This document shows, one piece after another, positions 35,251-44,682 of a DNA stretch of 64,000 nucleotides. The stretch spans positions 1,455,056 to 1,519,055 of the forward strand of contig CAVTPV010000005.1 of the NCBI GenBank assembly GCA_963736705.1. The letters run 5' to 3'. The position numbers were made by a program, and so were the translations under genes. The DNA is from an uncultured Actinomycetota bacterium (GTDB taxonomy: Bacteria > Actinomycetota > Thermoleophilia > RBG-16-64-13). Within the stretch, counting starts at the first letter, position 1. Every line of letters begins with the position of its first letter. Below the pieces are notes generated by a model. The model made no database searches. It was not told the DNA's origin and saw nothing but the letters and a program-made list of their open reading frames with translations.

Positions 35251-37401
35251 GTGGAGAAATACAACCCGGGTTTCGACCGCGATCTGGTGACACGGGCGTT
35301 CAACGTGGCCGCTTCCCAGCACCAACACCAGCTGCGTGCCAGCGGCGAGCCGTACATCAACCATCCCATCGGCACCGCGGACATCTGCGCCGACCTCAAG
35401 CTGGACAACGCGACGCTGGCCGCCGCCCTGCTGCACGATGTGGTGGAGGACACCGAGGTGTCGCTCGAAGAGGTGCGACAGCAGTTCGGCGACGAGGTGG
35501 CCCTTCTCGTGGACGGCGTCACCAAGCTGTCGCAGATGCAGTTCCGGTCGGTGGAGGAGGAGCAGGCGGAGAACATCCGCAAGATGATCATCGCGATGGC
35601 CCGTGACGTGCGGGTCATCCTCATCAAGCTGGCCGACCGCCTCCACAACATGCGCACCCTTCGCTATCTGAGCAAGGACAAGCAGCTCGTCAAGGCCAAG
35701 GAGACCCTCGAGGTCTACGCGCCCCTGGCTCACCGCCTGGGCATCGAGTCCGTCCGCTGGGAGCTGGAGGACCTCTCGTTCCAGACCCTGCATCCACGCA
35801 AGTACGCCGAGATCCAGCAGATGGTGTCCCAGCGCCGGGCCGACCGCGAGACCGATCTGGAGGAAGCGCGGAGCATCCTGGACCGGGAGCTGAAGGCCTT
35901 CAACGTCGAAGCGGACATCTCCGGACGGGCCAAGCACTTCTACTCCATCTACGACAAGATGGTGCGCAAAGGCAGGGAGTTCAACGAGATCTTCGATCTC
36001 ACCGCCCTGCGGGTGCTTGTGGACTCCGTGAAGGACTGCTACGCGGCTCTGGGCGTCATCCACTCGCTGTGGAAGCCTCTCCCGGGCCGCTTCAAGGACT
36101 ACATCGCCATGCCCAAGGCCAACATGTACCAGTCGCTGCACACGACGGTCATCGGGCCGAAGGGCAAGCCCCTCGAGATCCAGATCCGCACGTTCGACAT
36201 GCACGAGACCGCGCAGTACGGCATCGCGGCCCACTGGGTGTACAAGGAGAAGGGCGGCCGCGCCCCGCGAGCGGATCAGCAGGACGAGAAGCTGCAGTGG
36301 CTGCGGCAGATCATGGACTGGCAGTCCGAGACCAAGGACGCCGGCGAGTTCATGGAGTCCCTCAAGATCGACCTCTTCCACGACGAGGTGTACGTCTTCA
36401 CGCCGAAGGGAGAGGTCAAGCGTCTGCCGGTGGGGTCGACGCCTGTGGACTTCGCCTACGCCATCCACACGGACGTGGGCCACCACTGCACCGGGGCCAA
36501 GGTGGACAACCACATCGTCCCGCTCACGTACAAGCTCCAGTCGGGCGACATCGTCGAGATCATCACGACCAAGACGTCGCCGGGTCCATCGCGGGACTGG
36601 CTGCAGTTCGTGGCGAGTTCCGGAGCCCGCAGCAAGATCCGGCAGTGGTTCAACAAGGAGCGGCGGGAGGACGCCGAGCACCTGGGCAGGGAAGCTCTTC
36701 TGGAGGCCTTCCGCAAGCAGGGCCTGCCGGCGCAGCGGCTCATCGGCTCCGACTTCATCACCGAGGTCATGAAGGAGAGCAACATCGCCAAGAAGGAGGA
36801 CTTCTTCGCGGCGGTGGGCTCCAACAAGATCAGCCCCCAGCACGTGGTCACCCGTGTCATCCAGCTGCTCAACCCGCAGCAGGAACAGGCGGCCGCGCTA
36901 TCCGCACCCACATCCGTCCCGCGGGAAGCGCGCGAGACCCCCTCGGGCACACGCCTGGGCATCCACGTGGACGGCATCGACGACGTGGCCATCCGTCTGC
37001 CGCAGTGCTGCCGGCCCGTCCCCGGCGACGACGTGGTGGGGTATGTCTCTCTGGGGCGCGGCATCACCGTGCATCGCAGGGACTGTCCCAACGTCAAGAA
37101 CCTGGAGAAGAATCCCGAGCGGTTCGCCGCCGTCCACTGGGACACCATGGGCAAGACACCCTTGCGGGTGGAGATACAGATCGAGGCGTACGACCGCAAC
37201 CATCTGCTGGAGGATATCTCGCGTACTCTCAGCGAGAGCGGCGTCAACATCCTTGCCGCTGAGTGCCGGGTGGGTAAGAACAACATGGTCAAGGACCGTT
37301 TCGTCTTCGAGGTCCCGGAGATCGAGTATCTGGAGACGGTGCTGCAGCGCATCCGCCGCATCGACACTGTCTACGATGCCTACCGGGTCACCCCGCACTG
37401 A
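35251..37401 (+). CDS. rel: bifunctional (p)ppGpp synthetase/hydrolase (RelA/SpoT homolog)
   Basis: Intact 716 aa. HD domain (HPIGTA..LLHDVVEDT), synthetase (GRAKHFYSIYDKM, DLTALRVLV), TGS (VFTPKGEV..LPVGSTPVDFAYAIH) and ACT-like C-terminus. The N-terminus may extend to ATG 35124 via a frame break. Confidence 0.92.
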   Translation: MEKYNPGFDRDLVTRAFNVAASQHQHQLRASGEPYINHPIGTADICADLKLDNATLAAALLHDVVEDTEVSLEEVRQQFGDEVALLVDGVTKLSQMQFRSVEEEQAENIRKMIIAMARDVRVILIKLADRLHNMRTLRYLSKDKQLVKAKETLEVYAPLAHRLGIESVRWELEDLSFQTLHPRKYAEIQQMVSQRRADRETDLEEARSILDRELKAFNVEADISGRAKHFYSIYDKMVRKGREFNEIFDLTALRVLVDSVKDCYAALGVIHSLWKPLPGRFKDYIAMPKANMYQSLHTTVIGPKGKPLEIQIRTFDMHETAQYGIAAHWVYKEKGGRAPRADQQDEKLQWLRQIMDWQSETKDAGEFMESLKIDLFHDEVYVFTPKGEVKRLPVGSTPVDFAYAIHTDVGHHCTGAKVDNHIVPLTYKLQSGDIVEIITTKTSPGPSRDWLQFVASSGARSKIRQWFNKERREDAEHLGREALLEAFRKQGLPAQRLIGSDFITEVMKESNIAKKEDFFAAVGSNKISPQHVVTRVIQLLNPQQEQAAALSAPTSVPREARETPSGTRLGIHVDGIDDVAIRLPQCCRPVPGDDVVGYVSLGRGITVHRRDCPNVKNLEKNPERFAAVHWDTMGKTPLRVEIQIEAYDRNHLLEDISRTLSESGVNILAAECRVGKNNMVKDRFVFEVPEIEYLETVLQRIRRIDTVYDAYRVTPH

Positions 37402-37471
37402 TATAGAATTGTCTGCCGGAGGCGGGCCGTCTAGGCCGCGTCCCCGCACACCACAGGAGAGGGTTCGGATC

Positions 37472-38107
37472 ATGGAGATACTCTGCGTCCCCGTCGGGCC
37501 GCTGCAGGCGAACTGCTATCTGGTGTCTGACGACGCCGGCGTCGCGTGCGCCGTCGACCCCGGGGGAGAGCCCGAACGGCTGGCGCGTCTCGCCGAGAAG
37601 AAGGGTCTGAGCCTCGAGGCCGTCCTCGTCACCCACGGCCATTTCGACCATGTCGAAGGCGTCAAGGGTCTCGCGGAAGCGACGGGGGCCAAGATCTACT
37701 GCTCCAGCCAGGTGCAGCCGGTGCTTTCGGGCAGCGAAGGCTGTTCGGCCACGGGCTATCCGGTGCCGGCCGTGGGCGCGCCGGCCATCCAGGTGGTCTC
37801 CGATGGGGACAGCATCTCGGTGGGCGGTCTGAGCGTCACCGTCATCGCCACTCCGGGCCACACTCCCGGTGACATCACGTTCGACGTCGGCGGGGCGCTG
37901 TTCTGCGGCGATCTGCTGTTCCGCCGGTCGGTGGGCCGCACCGACTTCCCTGGCGGCAATTTCCCGCAACTGCTGGCCTCCGTCGCCCGATTGATCAAGA
38001 CCTACCCGGCGGAGACCCAGGTGTTCCCGGGGCATATGGAGTCGACGACTCTGGGCGAGGAGTTGGCTCACAACCCGTTCCTGGCGAGCCTGAAGGCCAA
38101 TGGCTGA
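37472..38107 (+). CDS. MBL-fold metallo-hydrolase (glyoxalase II-like)
   Basis: [48 protein letters not shown]. The stop overlaps the hisS ATG. Confidence 0.8.
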   Translation: MEILCVPVGPLQANCYLVSDDAGVACAVDPGGEPERLARLAEKKGLSLEAVLVTHGHFDHVEGVKGLAEATGAKIYCSSQVQPVLSGSEGCSATGYPVPAVGAPAIQVVSDGDSISVGGLSVTVIATPGHTPGDITFDVGGALFCGDLLFRRSVGRTDFPGGNFPQLLASVARLIKTYPAETQVFPGHMESTTLGEELAHNPFLASLKANG

Positions 38108-39390
38108 GGCATTCACAGCGCCCAAGGGGACGTACGACGTCCTCCCCGATCAGCAGCCGGTGCGCCGTTGGGTCATCGCCACCGCTGAAGCGGTGTTCGC
38201 CCGGTACGGGTACCGCCGCATCGACACACCCACGTTCGAGGACACGCGACTGTTCCACCGGGGCGTCGGCGACTCCACGGACATCGTCCGCAAGGAGATG
38301 TACACCTTCGAGGATCTGGGCGGCCGCAGCATGACGCTTCGCCCCGAAGGCACTGCTCCGGTCTGCCGGGCATACGTGGAGCACGGCATGCACACCCTGC
38401 CCACAGCCGGTGAAGCTGTACTACCACGCACCCATGTTCCGCTACGAGAGCCCGCAGTCAGGGCGCTTCCGCCAGCATTACCAGCTGGGGGTGGAGGCGT
38501 TCGGGTCGCAGGCGCCGGAGTTGGACGCCGAGGTGATAGGCGTGTTGGCGGCGCTCTACAAGGAGCTTGGGCTCACCGGCATCGTCCTCAAGATCAACTC
38601 CATGGGCTGCAAAGAGTGCCGTCCCGGTTATTCCGCGGCGCTCCGGGACTATCTGCAGGCTCACGACACCGAGTTGTGCGGCGAGTGCCGCGAACGGGCC
38701 AAGCTCAACCCGCTGCGGACGTTCGACTGCAAGGTGCCCGGCTGCAGACAGGCTCTTGTGGAAGCGCCCCGCCTTCCGGGCTACCTGTGCGCCGAGTGCG
38801 GGGAGCATCACGCCCGGACCAAGGCCGGCCTGGACGCCCAGGGTGTCACCTACGTCGAGGATCACACGTTGGTGCGCGGCATGGACTACTACACCCGCAC
38901 CACGTTCGAGTTCCAGTCGTCGCTGCTGGGCGCGCAGTCGGGCATCGGCGGGGGAGGGCGCTACGACGACCTCGTGGCCGCCATCGGCGGGCCGGAGACC
39001 CCGGGAGTGGGGTTCGGCACCGGTGTGGAGAGGATCCTTCTGGCTGTGTCCCGCTCGGCGGCCGAAGTGCCTGCGCCCCCTTCGCCTGCGGCCTATCTGG
39101 TGAGCTTCGGCGACGAGGCTCGCGGCTCAGTGTTCGCTCTGGCGCACGAGATGCGATCCCGGGGCATCACCGTCGAACTGGACTATGTGGGGCGGAGCCC
39201 CAAGGGACAGATGAAGCAGGCGGGCCGCACCGGCGCGCGCTACGCGGTCATCATCGGCGAGGCTGAGATGGCGGCGGGCGTGGTCACGGTGCGCGACCTC
39301 GCCGGGGGCGAAGAGAAACAGATGGCGCGCGCGGAAGCGGTCGCGCTCGTAGAGACCGCGGCGGCCGGGCCACCGGCGGCCGGTGCCTGA
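38100..39390 (+). pseudogene. hisS: histidine--tRNA ligase, one frame break as sequenced (~38405)
   Basis: [42 protein letters not shown], then [46 protein letters not shown] in the next frame. Confidence 0.92.
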
Positions 39391-39414
39391 CACAGACTAG
39401 GGAAGAGGTTCACG

Positions 39415-41171
39415 GTGGCTTACAGGGACGAATGGTGCGGCACGATCGATGAGGCCTTCATCGGCAAGAAGGCCACGGTGGCCGGCTGGGTCCACCGCCG
39501 CCGGGACCACGGCGGTCTGGTCTTTCTTGACCTGCGCGACCGGACCGGCATCGTCCAGCTGGTGGTCGAGGCGACGAGGAACCCTGCACTGCACGCCCGG
39601 GCCTCCGAAGTGCGCAGCGAGTACGTGGTGTGCGGCACCGGCTCGGTGGTGGCCCGCTCGCCCGAGCGCGTCAATCCGAACCTCGCAACGGGCAAGGTGG
39701 AGATCGTCCTCGACGACCTCACGGTCCTGGCCGCTGCCGACACGCCTCCGTTCTTCCCGGAAGACGACATCGACGTCGACGAGACGGTGCGGCTCAAGTA
39801 CCGGTACATCGACCTTCGCCGGCCCAAGATGTTCCACAACCTCCTTCTGCGCAGCCAGGTGGTGCAGGCGGTGCGGCGCTACCTGGGGGACCAGGGCTTC
39901 ATCGACGTGGAGACGCCCATCCTCACCAAGAGCACCCCGGAAGGCGCGCGCGACTTCCTCGTGCCCAGCCGCCTGCAGGCGGGCGAGTTCTACGCGCTGC
40001 CGCAGTCTCCGCAGCTGTTCAAGCAGCTCCTGATGATCGCCGGGTTCGAGCGCTACTACCAGATCGCGCGGGCTTTCCGCGACGAGGACCTGCGGGCCGA
40101 CCGCCAGCCCGAGCACACCCAGATCGATATCGAGATGAGCTTCATCGACGAACAGGACATCCAGAACGTGGTCGAAGGGATGTTCGCGGCCGCGTTCAAA
40201 GAGACCCTCGCGGTCGAGTTGCCGCTGCCCTTCCCGCGCCTCGAGTATGCGGACGTCATGGCGCGCTACGGGAGTGACAAGCCCGACCTCCGATTCGGCA
40301 TGGAGATCGTGGACGTCAGCGATATCGCCGGCGCCACGGAGTTCCGCGTGTTCAGCGAGGCCGTCGCCAATGGCGGCGTCGTCCGGGGTATCCGGGCTGA
40401 GGGCGCGGCCACGTTCTCCCGGAAGGACGTCGACGACCTGGCGGCTGAAGCAGCCGTGTTCGGCGCCCACGGACTTCTGCCGGTGTGGCTCGATGCCGAT
40501 GGCGGCGTGCGCTCGCCTCTGCTCAAGGTCGTGGGGGAGGAGCAGACCAAGGTCTTCATCGAACGCCTCGCCGGGCAGCCCGGGGACCTGTTGCTGTTCG
40601 TGGCAGACACGAAGGCCGTCGCCGAGCCGAGCCTCGGAGCGCTCCGCCTGTCCCTGGCCAACCGCCTGGGGGTGGAGCGCACAGGCTGGAACTTCCTCTG
40701 GGTGGTCAACTTCCCCATGTTCGAGTACGACGCCAAGGAGCAGCGCCTCAAGGCCCAGCACCACCCCTTCACCAAACCGCGCCTCGAGCGCCTGGAAGAC
40801 CTCAAAGAGAAGCCCTGGAGCTGGGCACGTACGCCTATGACCTGGTGCTCAACGGGGTCGAACTGGGCAGCGGGTCCATCCGTATCTCCGAACCGGACAT
40901 GCAGGAAGCCGTCTTCGAAGCCTTGGGGCTCGACGAAGAGTCCATCAAGGTCAAGTTCGGGTTCCTCGTGGACGCCATGGCCTACGGCATCCCGCCGCTG
41001 GGCGGAATCGGGCTCGGTCTGGACCGCACGGTGATGCTCATGGCCGGCGAGAGCTCCATCCGCGAAGTCATCGCCTTCCCGAAGACCGCCAGCGGCTCGT
41101 GTCCGCTCACAGACGCCCCGTCGAAGGTCGCGCCTGAGCAGCTCAGGGAGCTTCGCATCCGCACGGTCTAG
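39415..41171 (+). pseudogene. aspS: aspartate--tRNA ligase, one frame break as sequenced (~40815)
   Basis: VAGWVHRRRDHGGLVFLDLRDRTGIVQ..FYALPQSPQLFKQLLM..YYQIARAFRDEDLRADRQPEHTQID, then [29 protein letters not shown] in the frame of ORF 40485..41171. Confidence 0.92.
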
Positions 41172-41471
41172 GTCTCGCGCGGGACCGCGCTCAAGTCCTG
41201 CCCCCAAAACGCCGAATAACAGGGTGAAAGCCGTGGTGTAAGGCGGAGAGGAAGGGCGCGTGGATTGCCCCTCACAGGGCGCTGTGGTACCCTCCGGGTG
41301 CTCGACCTTGTGCGTGATCTGGCCCTACCTTGAGCCAACACACCACGCTTGGGAGACACGTTCTACTGAACGGTGATTCGCCAATCAGGGACTGTCACCC
41401 ACCTGCTTCGGCAGGTTCAAGCGCCTGTCAGACACGGCAAGGTGGAGCATTCTTTTTTGGGAAGGTTAGAG

Positions 41472-41987
41472 ATGTCGGTACGATTCAGACATTCGGCGCT
41501 GGTCCTCCTCTTGGCAGTCGGACTGGCAGTGCTACTGGGGGCGTGCGGCGGGAGCAGCGATGACTCCAAGACCGACACGACCACTGCCAAGACCACCCGG
41601 ACCACCGCGGCACAGTCGGCGGGCAGCGCCGTTCAGGATCTGCTCCTGACCAAGCTGGCCACGACCCAGGACACTCCTGAGGCCTATGTGGAAGCAGTGG
41701 GCCAGGCCAAACCCATCGCCATTCTGTTCTACGTCCCGGGTAGCGTGGACGACACCAGGGTGCTCGACGTGTTCAAGCTTGTGCAGGCGGACTTTCCCGA
41801 GTACACCTTCCTTGAGTACGACTACCGCGATCCGCTGGCCTACGGTGACCTTTCCCTGCTGCTGCAGGTAAACTACCCGCCGGAGATAGTGCTCATCGAC
41901 AAGGCCGGCGCAGTGCGCAACATCTGGAACGGCTACTTCGATGAGGGCTCTCTGAGGCAGTGCCTGATCAACATCGGCCAAGGATGA
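41472..41987 (+). CDS. lipoprotein with thioredoxin-like fold lacking the CxxC
   Basis: Signal peptide plus lipobox LLGAC. Thr-rich linker, then KPIAILFYVPGSVDD..PEIVLIDKAGAVRNIWNGY, a Trx-fold-like pattern without redox cysteines. Confidence 0.65.
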   Translation: MSVRFRHSALVLLLAVGLAVLLGACGGSSDDSKTDTTTAKTTRTTAAQSAGSAVQDLLLTKLATTQDTPEAYVEAVGQAKPIAILFYVPGSVDDTRVLDVFKLVQADFPEYTFLEYDYRDPLAYGDLSLLLQVNYPPEIVLIDKAGAVRNIWNGYFDEGSLRQCLINIGQG

Positions 41988-42012
41988 CGCGCTCCTGACA
42001 CCAGTCTTCTGG

Positions 42013-42038
42013 CGAGGGCCGGGTCATCCCGGCCCTCG
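42013..42038 (+). terminator. intrinsic terminator after the lipoprotein gene
   Basis: Perfect 11-bp stem CGAGGGCCGGG-TCAT-CCCGGCCCTCG followed by TTATTTCTT. Confidence 0.65.
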
Positions 42039-42058
42039 TTATTTCTTGAAGAGGTCGA

Positions 42059-43564
42059 GTGGCGCCAACCAGTGACGACAGAGACGCGCAGAGACCCGGT
42101 CTTGCGTATGGGAGTGGCGTAGCGGAACGGCTGCGCACGTGCACCTTCTCTGGGACCATGCCGGACCCCGACGCGACGGGCGAGGCGGGAAGCCTTGAGT
42201 GCGGGAGTCTCGTGCGCATCGAGTTGCGGCTTCGCGATGGCCTCATCGTGGAGGCGAGATACCAGGCGCATGGTTGTCCTGCCACGCTGGCCGCCGCGAG
42301 CGAGGTTTGCGCCCTTGTCACGGGCCGCAGCTTCCTCGAAGCCGCCTCGGTGTCTGAGCAGGATGTGTGCGGCCGGCTGGGTCTGGTGCCGGAAAAGGAA
42401 TACACCGCGGGCATCGCCATCGACGCGCTCCACGACTGCCTCACCACGGCGCTCGGCGCCCCGGGTTGCGGGGCCGGGCCGAACCTGTTCGCCGGCGGTA
42501 GTCACGCTGGAGTGCTCGTGGGCATGAGCGGGGGCGTGGACAGCGCGGTCGCCGCCCTTCTCCTGAGGGCTCAGGGTCACTCTGCGGTCGGCATCACCCT
42601 GAGGTTCTGGAACGATCCGAGGGTGGCGGACGAACGCAGTTGCTGCTCTCCGGAGAACGTGCGGCGCGCCAGGAGGGTGGCCCACAGCCTCGGGATCCCG
42701 CACGTGGCCGTGGATGCACAGGGCGCGTTCTACGAGGAAGTGGTGAAGTACTTCGTCTCCGAGTACGCAGCCGGCCGTACTCCCAACCCCTGCGCCAAGT
42801 GCAATTCACGGGTGAGGCTCGGCCTCCTCGTCGACGTCGCGAGGACCTTGGGACTGTCAACTGTGGCCACCGGCCACTACGCCCGGCTGGTGGGCGCTCC
42901 GCCGCGGCTGGCGCGCGGCGTCGACGAGAACAAAGACCAGTCGTACGTCCTGGCGGAGGTCGCGCCGGAGATCCTCGAGCACTTCATGTTCCCCCTGGGG
43001 GAGATGCGGAAGCCCGAGGTGCGCCGCCTGGCGGCCGAGGCGGGCATCGAGGGTCATTCCGCGCCCGAGAGCCAGGAGATCTGCTTCGTCCCCGACGACG
43101 ACCACCGCCGCTTCCTACGCGAGCGATTGGGGGACCTACCCGGCGATATCGTGAACACGGAGGGGCGGGTCCTCGGCCGGCATGAAGGGGCCTACAACTA
43201 CACCATCGGACAGCGCAAGGGTCTGGGCATCGCGGCGGCGGAGCCGCTCTACGTCATCGCCGTGGAGGCGAGCGAGCGGCGAGTGGTCATAGGAACGGCC
43301 GCCGAAGGACTCGTGGACACTGTGCGGGTGTGCGCCTTGACGTGGCACAGTGACCTTCAGCCGGGCCCGCTGACCATCCAGGTCCGGTCGGCCGGCACGG
43401 CTCTGCCGACGGTGGGCGTCGAGGTGGCTGACAGCTGCCTGAGTGCCTATCTCAGTGAGTCTGCATCGGGGGTGGCGGCCGGGCAGACCGCTGTGGTCTA
43501 TCAGGAGGACCAAGTCGTCGTCGCGGGGACCATCGTCGCCACTGGGAGCCATCAGGGGCGGTGA
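42059..43564 (+). CDS. mnmA: tRNA 2-thiouridine(34) synthase MnmA with an N-terminal IscU/NifU-like domain
   Basis: Intact 501 aa. Residues ~17-135 align to IscU (GSLECGS.., AHGCPATLAAAS, PEKEYTAG). MnmA starts at VLVGMSGGVDSAVAA (PP-loop), then TPNPCAKCN, ATGHYAR, KDQSYVL. Confidence 0.88.
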   Translation: MAPTSDDRDAQRPGLAYGSGVAERLRTCTFSGTMPDPDATGEAGSLECGSLVRIELRLRDGLIVEARYQAHGCPATLAAASEVCALVTGRSFLEAASVSEQDVCGRLGLVPEKEYTAGIAIDALHDCLTTALGAPGCGAGPNLFAGGSHAGVLVGMSGGVDSAVAALLLRAQGHSAVGITLRFWNDPRVADERSCCSPENVRRARRVAHSLGIPHVAVDAQGAFYEEVVKYFVSEYAAGRTPNPCAKCNSRVRLGLLVDVARTLGLSTVATGHYARLVGAPPRLARGVDENKDQSYVLAEVAPEILEHFMFPLGEMRKPEVRRLAAEAGIEGHSAPESQEICFVPDDDHRRFLRERLGDLPGDIVNTEGRVLGRHEGAYNYTIGQRKGLGIAAAEPLYVIAVEASERRVVIGTAAEGLVDTVRVCALTWHSDLQPGPLTIQVRSAGTALPTVGVEVADSCLSAYLSESASGVAAGQTAVVYQEDQVVVAGTIVATGSHQGR

Positions 43565-43574
43565 ATCCGCACCG

Positions 43575-43583
43575 TGGTATATT
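43575..43583 (+). promoter_or_regulatory. extended -10 promoter element TGgTATATT
   Basis: TGGTATATT lies 11 nt after the mnmA stop and 36 nt upstream of the DUF948 ATG, which has an AGGAAAGGGG SD. Confidence 0.4.
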
Positions 43584-43619
43584 CGTCTCCGTTTCTCCCG
43601 ATGAGGAAAGGGGCCAGGT

Positions 43620-43994
43620 ATGGAGTGGAACGCGAACGCCATCATGGACATCGCCATAGGTGTTTTCTTCATTCTCTTCGGCGTGGGGCTCCTCTACATG
43701 CTCCTGCGCCTCGGGGGCGTGTTCAAACGGACCACGAACATCCTCACCGACGTCAACACGGAGGTCATCCCGCTCCTCACGCGGGTCGAGACCACCCTGG
43801 ACCGCGTGAACGGCGAACTGGATCAGGTGGAACAGATCACGGAATCGGTGGCGGGCATCCTCAAGGTGGCCGAGAACACGACCTCCGCCGTCCATGACGC
43901 GGTGGCCAAGCCCATCAAGAAGATCGCCGGCCTCTCGTCCGCGTTGTCGGAGGGGGTCGCGTCGTTCGTGTCGGGCAAGAGGAAGGAGAGCTGA
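43620..43994 (+). CDS. DUF948-type membrane-anchored protein
   Basis: One N-terminal TM helix (IAIGVFFILFGVGLLYMLL) then a helical region LTDVNTEVIPLLTRVETTLDRVNGELDQVEQIT, typical of DUF948. Confidence 0.65.
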   Translation: MEWNANAIMDIAIGVFFILFGVGLLYMLLRLGGVFKRTTNILTDVNTEVIPLLTRVETTLDRVNGELDQVEQITESVAGILKVAENTTSAVHDAVAKPIKKIAGLSSALSEGVASFVSGKRKES

Positions 43995-44251
43995 TGGGCG
44001 CCATTCGGTCGCTTCTGGTGCTTTCGGCAGGGGTGGCCATCGGAGGCGCCCTTCTCATCGCGCACCGGGTCTCGGAGGAGACTGGCAAGGGCATCGGCGA
44101 GTCCTTCGCGGACGTCCCCGCTGAGGCGCAGCGGATCTTCGCGGATATCAAGTCACGGGCCGAGCAGGCCGGCGCTACGGCCAAGGACGCCTACGGGGAC
44201 AAACAGGCCGAGATAGACGCATTCCTGCACACCGGCGGTGCGGCCGAATAG
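43994..44251 (+). CDS. YtxH-like small membrane protein
   Basis: 85 aa with an N-terminal TM helix then a charged helical tail. ATG overlaps the DUF948 stop. The DUF948/YtxH pairing is common. Confidence 0.55.
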   Translation: MGAIRSLLVLSAGVAIGGALLIAHRVSEETGKGIGESFADVPAEAQRIFADIKSRAEQAGATAKDAYGDKQAEIDAFLHTGGAAE

Positions 44252-44253
44252 GG

Positions 44254-44682
44254 GTGGTAGCGCTGCCTGGACCCTCTGACAGATGCGGTGTCGTCGTTCT
44301 TCGTGTGCCTCGCGACGGGGCGTCTTTGCCTGTCATGCGCCTGGTCATCGGAGGGGTGGCGTCACGGTATGCTCTGCCGGTCGACAGCCTCGATGATATC
44401 GAGTTGGCCGTAGAGACGCTCGTGCGCGAAGAGCCGCCGGGCGGGGGAGAGGTGACCCTTTCCCTCTGGGTGGAGGATGGCGCGTTCAGGGTGGGTCTTG
44501 CCGGGCTGACCAGCGCGCTCGTGCGAAACGCTCTGTCCTCCGGAGAAGAACTCCGGGGCGACGTGTTCGGCGAAGAGAGCATCCTGCGCATGATCGTGGA
44601 TGCCCTGTTGGATGGCTATCGGATGGCCGAGGACGCCACGGCCGGCTCTTTCGCTGTCGAGATGGAGAAACGGATCCCTTGA
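44254..44682 (+). CDS. RsbW/UsfX-like anti-sigma factor lacking recognisable ATP-binding boxes
   Basis: VVLRVPRDGASLPVMRLVIGGVASRYALPVDSLDDIELAVETLV..VTLSLWVEDGAFRVGLAG mimics the N-terminal half of the RsbW/SpoIIAB fold. The N-box Asn and G1/G2 boxes are absent. Abuts the sigma gene. Confidence 0.5.
   Translation: MVALPGPSDRCGVVVLRVPRDGASLPVMRLVIGGVASRYALPVDSLDDIELAVETLVREEPPGGGEVTLSLWVEDGAFRVGLAGLTSALVRNALSSGEELRGDVFGEESILRMIVDALLDGYRMAEDATAGSFAVEMEKRIP

Noticed and set aside
35239-36843. Long antisense ORFs: 534 aa here, and also 24255-25979, 3661-5049, 39397-40764, 28232-29524 and 27000-28247 on the minus strand
   Set aside because: Each lies opposite a gene with unmistakable homology (rel, queH/queA, fmt/rpe, aspS, secDF, tgt/yajC). 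They are Arg/Gly/Pro/Ala-rich with no recognisable motifs. This is typical stop-codon-poor antisense frames in a GC-rich genome.
38100-39415. T-box leaders upstream of hisS or aspS
   Set aside because: The hisS ATG overlaps the preceding MBL gene stop, and aspS starts 24 nt after hisS. There is no leader space.
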